Below, one piece after another: positions 60,742 to 64,000 of a stretch of DNA of 64,000 bases. Location: contig JAQXDZ010000039.1 of the NCBI GenBank assembly GCA_029251085.1, forward strand, positions 564 to 64,563, read 5' to 3'. A program made the position numbers and the translations under genes. Source of the stretch: Mariniblastus sp. (GTDB lineage Bacteria > Planctomycetota > Planctomycetia > Pirellulales > Pirellulaceae). Positions within the stretch are counted from its first letter, which is position 1. Each line of letters starts with the position of its first letter. The notes below the pieces were generated by a model, which saw nothing but the letters and a program-made list of their open reading frames with translations, did no database searches and had not been told where the DNA came from.

Positions 60742-61600
60742 CAAGGACTCATTACCGAATACCTTTCTCGTTGCGACAACTTTGTGTCTGACTTGTGCTC
60801 TCATTGTTTCTGCGGCGTCAGTGACGCTCCGCCCGTTACAGCTAGAGAATGCCCAACGTGATCGCCGAAACAACATTCTGCAGGTCAGTGGTTTCACGCC
60901 TGAAGAAATCAAAGAAGACGGTGGCATCAAGAAGGTCTTTGAAAGTCGGTTCGATGTCGAAATCATCGACCTCGATACAGGCGCCGACGCTCAAGTCGAG
61001 TGTCAGGATGCCATGAACAAGGCCAAAGATAAGGAAGTCAATCTTGGTGAGGAGTACGACCAGCTATGGGCTTCTAAATTGAATCCCGAAAAGGGGCTCA
61101 GCGAAAAGCTCGACAAAAAAGCTGACCTCTGTGGGATCAAGAGCCGCGAAAAATACTCAGAAGTTTTTATCATGAAGTCGCTCGAGGGCAAGCCTGAGTT
61201 GTACGTCTTTCCCGTCCGAGGAAACGGCCTGTGGTCCCTTATGCAGGGCTATCTTGCCGTTAAACCAGATTTCCAAACGGTCGTGGGACTCACGTTTTAC
61301 CAACAGGCGGAAACACCCGGTCTTGGTGGTGAAGTTCAAAACCCCGACTGGAAAGCTCTTTGGAAAGACAAGAAAATCTACGACGACGGCGAAGTCAAAC
61401 TGGCTGTGATCAAAGGTAACAAAGCGGGCAACGACTACGGCGTCGACGCACTTTCAGGTGCCACAATCACCTCCAACGGCGTCACCAACATGATCGATTT
61501 CTGGATGGGTTCCAAAGGTTTTGGCCCGTACATTGAAAAAATGAAAAATGAAGACAGCAGCAACACCAACGCTGCTGCCGGAGGTAACAATGTCAAGTAA
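60731..61600 (+). CDS. nqrC: Na+-NQR subunit C
   Basis: The ATG at 60731 gives [20 protein letters not shown], a single TM segment. The FMN-attachment motif is [10 protein letters not shown]. It overlaps nqrB by 11 nt. Confidence 0.92.
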   Translation: MPLNKDSLPNTFLVATTLCLTCALIVSAASVTLRPLQLENAQRDRRNNILQVSGFTPEEIKEDGGIKKVFESRFDVEIIDLDTGADAQVECQDAMNKAKDKEVNLGEEYDQLWASKLNPEKGLSEKLDKKADLCGIKSREKYSEVFIMKSLEGKPELYVFPVRGNGLWSLMQGYLAVKPDFQTVVGLTFYQQAETPGLGGEVQNPDWKALWKDKKIYDDGEVKLAVIKGNKAGNDYGVDALSGATITSNGVTNMIDFWMGSKGFGPYIEKMKNEDSSNTNAAAGGNNVK

Positions 61601-62219
61601 AACATCTGCCAAGGATCTGGTGCTTGACCCGATCTTCAACAACAACCCAATTGCTCTGCAAATTCTAGGAATTTGCTCGGCACTTGCGGTCACCACAAAA
61701 CTCTCGACTTCGCTCACGATGTCATTTGCGGTTATCGCAGTGACAGCCTGCTCGAGTGCAGCGGTCGCGTTGATCAAAGATAGAATTCCGAGCAGTATTC
61801 GAATTATTGTTCAGATGACGATCATTGCGTCGTTTGTGATTTTGGTGGATCAGGTTCTAAAAGCCTACGCGTTTCAGCTGAGCAAAGAACTGTCCGTCTT
61901 CGTTGGTCTCATTATTACGAACTGCATCGTGATGGGGCGTGCCGAGGGTTTCGCAATGAAAAACTCTGTCTCTGACAGTTTCTTCGATGGACTTGGAAAC
62001 GGACTCGGATACAGCATTATTCTGATGGTCGTCGGGTTCTTTCGAGAGTTGTTTGGAAGTGGAACCCTCTTTGGATTCACAGTTTTCACAAAGCAATCCG
62101 CCGGCGGCTGGTACGAACCCAATGGTTTGATGCTACTCTCACCGAGTGCATTTTTCATTATCGGTATATTCATCTGGGTGCTTAGAACCTGGAAGCCAGA
62201 ACAGGTGGAGGAAGCATAA
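61590..62219 (+). CDS. nqrD: Na+-NQR subunit D
   Basis: The ATG at 61590 gives [35 protein letters not shown], typical of NqrD/RnfE. It overlaps nqrC by 11 nt. Confidence 0.92.
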   Translation: MSSKTSAKDLVLDPIFNNNPIALQILGICSALAVTTKLSTSLTMSFAVIAVTACSSAAVALIKDRIPSSIRIIVQMTIIASFVILVDQVLKAYAFQLSKELSVFVGLIITNCIVMGRAEGFAMKNSVSDSFFDGLGNGLGYSIILMVVGFFRELFGSGTLFGFTVFTKQSAGGWYEPNGLMLLSPSAFFIIGIFIWVLRTWKPEQVEEA

Positions 62220-62221
62220 CC

Positions 62222-62815
62222 ATGACTGATCTCATTGAATTATTTCTGCGTTCGGCTTTCGTCGACAACCTTGCACTTGCCTACTTTCTGGGAATGTGCA
62301 CGTTTCTCGCAGTTTCCAAGAATGTCAAAACCGCAATTGGCTTAGGAATCGCTGTCATCGTCGTCCAGGCGATTACTGTGCCGGTCAACCAATTGATTTT
62401 GAATCTTTTCCTCAAAGAAGGTTCGCTCTTTCTCCCCAAATACAATTTGGAGTTTTTAAGTCTGATTTGTTTCATCGGTGTGATCGCGGCGATGGTTCAG
62501 ATCCTTGAAATGACTCTCGATAAGTTTTTTCCGTCGCTCTACAACACTCTCGGGATCTTCCTTCCGTTGATCACCGTTAACTGTGCAATTCTCGGCGGAA
62601 CATTGTTTATGCAACAACGAGATTATGCTTTCGTCGAAAGCGTTGTTTTTGGGGTTGGTGGCGGTTTTGGATGGGCGTTAGCAATTATCGGCCTCGCCGG
62701 CATTCGAGAGAAATTGAAATACAGTGACATTCCTCACGGCCTTCGCGGGTTAGGGATTACGTTTATTATCGTCGGTCTTATGGCTTTGGGATTTCAGGCG
62801 TTCCTTGGTATTTAG
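62222..62815 (+). CDS. nqrE: Na+-NQR subunit E
   Basis: 197-aa ORF. The N-terminus is [27 protein letters not shown] and it contains [11 protein letters not shown], typical of NqrE/RnfA. Confidence 0.93.
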   Translation: MTDLIELFLRSAFVDNLALAYFLGMCTFLAVSKNVKTAIGLGIAVIVVQAITVPVNQLILNLFLKEGSLFLPKYNLEFLSLICFIGVIAAMVQILEMTLDKFFPSLYNTLGIFLPLITVNCAILGGTLFMQQRDYAFVESVVFGVGGGFGWALAIIGLAGIREKLKYSDIPHGLRGLGITFIIVGLMALGFQAFLGI

Positions 62816-62889
62816 TCGGCCACTGTGAACTCAGTTTGCCCGGTCTGAACCTCTGATTACTTTTCATCTTAAGAATTTGAACTGTTGCT

Positions 62890-64000
62890 ATGGAAATTAT
62901 ATTTGGCGTTGCCACCTTTACACTTGTCGTTCTTGCGTTGGTAGGACTGATTTTACTGGCGAAAAGCTTTCTCGTTTCGAGTGGCAATATTAAGATTCTC
63001 GTCAACGATCAGAAAGAGATCAGTGTTCCCGCCGGTGGCAAACTAATGAGCGCCCTTGCCGAGGAAGGAATTTTTGTTTCTTCCGCTTGTGGAGGCGGAG
63101 GAACTTGTGCTCAGTGCGAAGTGAAAGTCCTGTCTGGTGGCGGAGATATTCTACCGACCGAGACTGGGCACATTAGCAAGCGTGAAGCACGCGAAGGATG
63201 TCGTCTCTCATGCCAGGTTGCCGTGAAGCAAGACATGGTCGTTGAGGTGCCTGATGAAGCGTTTGATACGAAAAAGTGGGAATGCACCGTACGCTCAAAC
63301 CACAACGTAGCAACCTTCATTAAGGAATTAGTCCTTGAACTGCCTGAGGGCGAGGACGTCGATTTCAAGGCGGGCGGGTACATTCAAATTGAAGCACCGC
63401 CTCACGTCGTCGAATACAAAGATTTTGATATCGAAGATGAATACCACTCGGATTGGGACAAGTACGACGTTTGGCGTTACAAGTCAGAAGTGGACGAAGA
63501 GGTAATCCGCGCGTACTCGATGGCGAACTATCCGGGAGAAAAAGGCATCATTATGCTCAACGTTCGCGTTGCTTCTCCGCCCCCAAGATTGGACAACGTA
63601 CCGCCAGGGAAAATGTCGTCATTCATCTTCAACCTAAAACCAGGCGACAAAGTTACCATCTCAGGCCCTTACGGTGAATTCTTCATCAAGGAAACCGAAT
63701 CAGAGATGCTCTACGTTGGTGGTGGTGCCGGGATGGCGCCGCTGCGAAGTCATATTTTTGAGCTTTTCAAAAGTCTCAAAACCGGCCGTAAGGTTTCTTA
63801 CTGGTACGGTGGTCGAAGTCTACGCGAACTGTTTTACATCGATGAATTCCGGGCACTCGAAGAGGAGTTTCCTAACTTCCAGTTCAATTTGGCGCTCTCG
63901 GAACCGCTTCCTGAAGATAATTGGACGGGCTATACCGGATTCATTCATCAAGTCGTGATCGACAATTACCTCAAGGATCATGAAGCTCCGGAAGATATCG
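62890..64000 (+). CDS. nqrF: Na+-NQR subunit F, 5' part (continues beyond the window end)
   Basis: This ORF is absent from the track because it is open at the window edge. Hand translation from ATG 62890 gives [27 protein letters not shown]... The 2Fe-2S motif is [17 protein letters not shown], the FAD motif is RAYSMANYP and the NAD motif is [10 protein letters not shown]. Confidence 0.93.
   Translation, partial: MEIIFGVATFTLVVLALVGLILLAKSFLVSSGNIKILVNDQKEISVPAGGKLMSALAEEGIFVSSACGGGGTCAQCEVKVLSGGGDILPTETGHISKREAREGCRLSCQVAVKQDMVVEVPDEAFDTKKWECTVRSNHNVATFIKELVLELPEGEDVDFKAGGYIQIEAPPHVVEYKDFDIEDEYHSDWDKYDVWRYKSEVDEEVIRAYSMANYPGEKGIIMLNVRVASPPPRLDNVPPGKMSSFIFNLKPGDKVTISGPYGEFFIKETESEMLYVGGGAGMAPLRSHIFELFKSLKTGRKVSYWYGGRSLRELFYIDEFRALEEEFPNFQFNLALSEPLPEDNWTGYTGFIHQVVIDNYLKDHEAPEDI

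Overview
This 64-kb window is chromosomal. I saw no rRNA genes, CRISPR array, transposase, integrase or phage-like genes. The gene content suggests a (marine) Planctomycetota genome, Pirellulales-like; this taxon call is inference. Supporting genes are a DUF1559 pseudopilin-like protein with a prepilin-type N-terminus and H-X9-DG motif, a DUF1573 protein, two formylglycine-type sulfatases, a TAT-signal Gfo/Idh/MocA oxidoreductase, a terpene-cyclase-repeat protein, several small lipoproteins and unusually long ORF-free spacers. GC looks mid-range by eye and was not computed.

I call about 50 CDS, 2 tRNAs (Lys-UUU, Ser-GCU), several intrinsic terminators and a few candidate operators and promoters.

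- **Housekeeping genes:** tyrA, mog, surE, guaA, ettA, tkt, carA, lexA and nqrABCDE plus the 5' part of nqrF.
- **Accessory modules:** a TetR-MFP-RND efflux operon, a beta-carbonic anhydrase/SulP pair, and a carbohydrate-type locus at 21.6-31.6 kb.
- **Best follow-up target:** the carbohydrate locus. A LacI-family gene is bracketed by three near-identical TGAAACCGnTTTCA palindromes. One lies in the divergent spacer shared with a string of an uncharacterised 1152-aa ORF, a secreted clan GH-A glycosidase and an M24 peptidase. Two lie in front of the DUF1559 gene, which is followed by a strong terminator and a lipoprotein gene.
- **Other items:** an Nramp-fold transporter lacking all four canonical metal ligands; a cytoplasmic PBP-fold gene tightly linked to tyrA; a 48-aa Lys-rich ORF abutting a GGDEF gene; two orphan terminators in long ORF-free gaps; and a promoter embedded in a perfect 10-bp inverted repeat.

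All functions come from motif recognition by eye. Start codons were chosen by hand, and no database search was possible.
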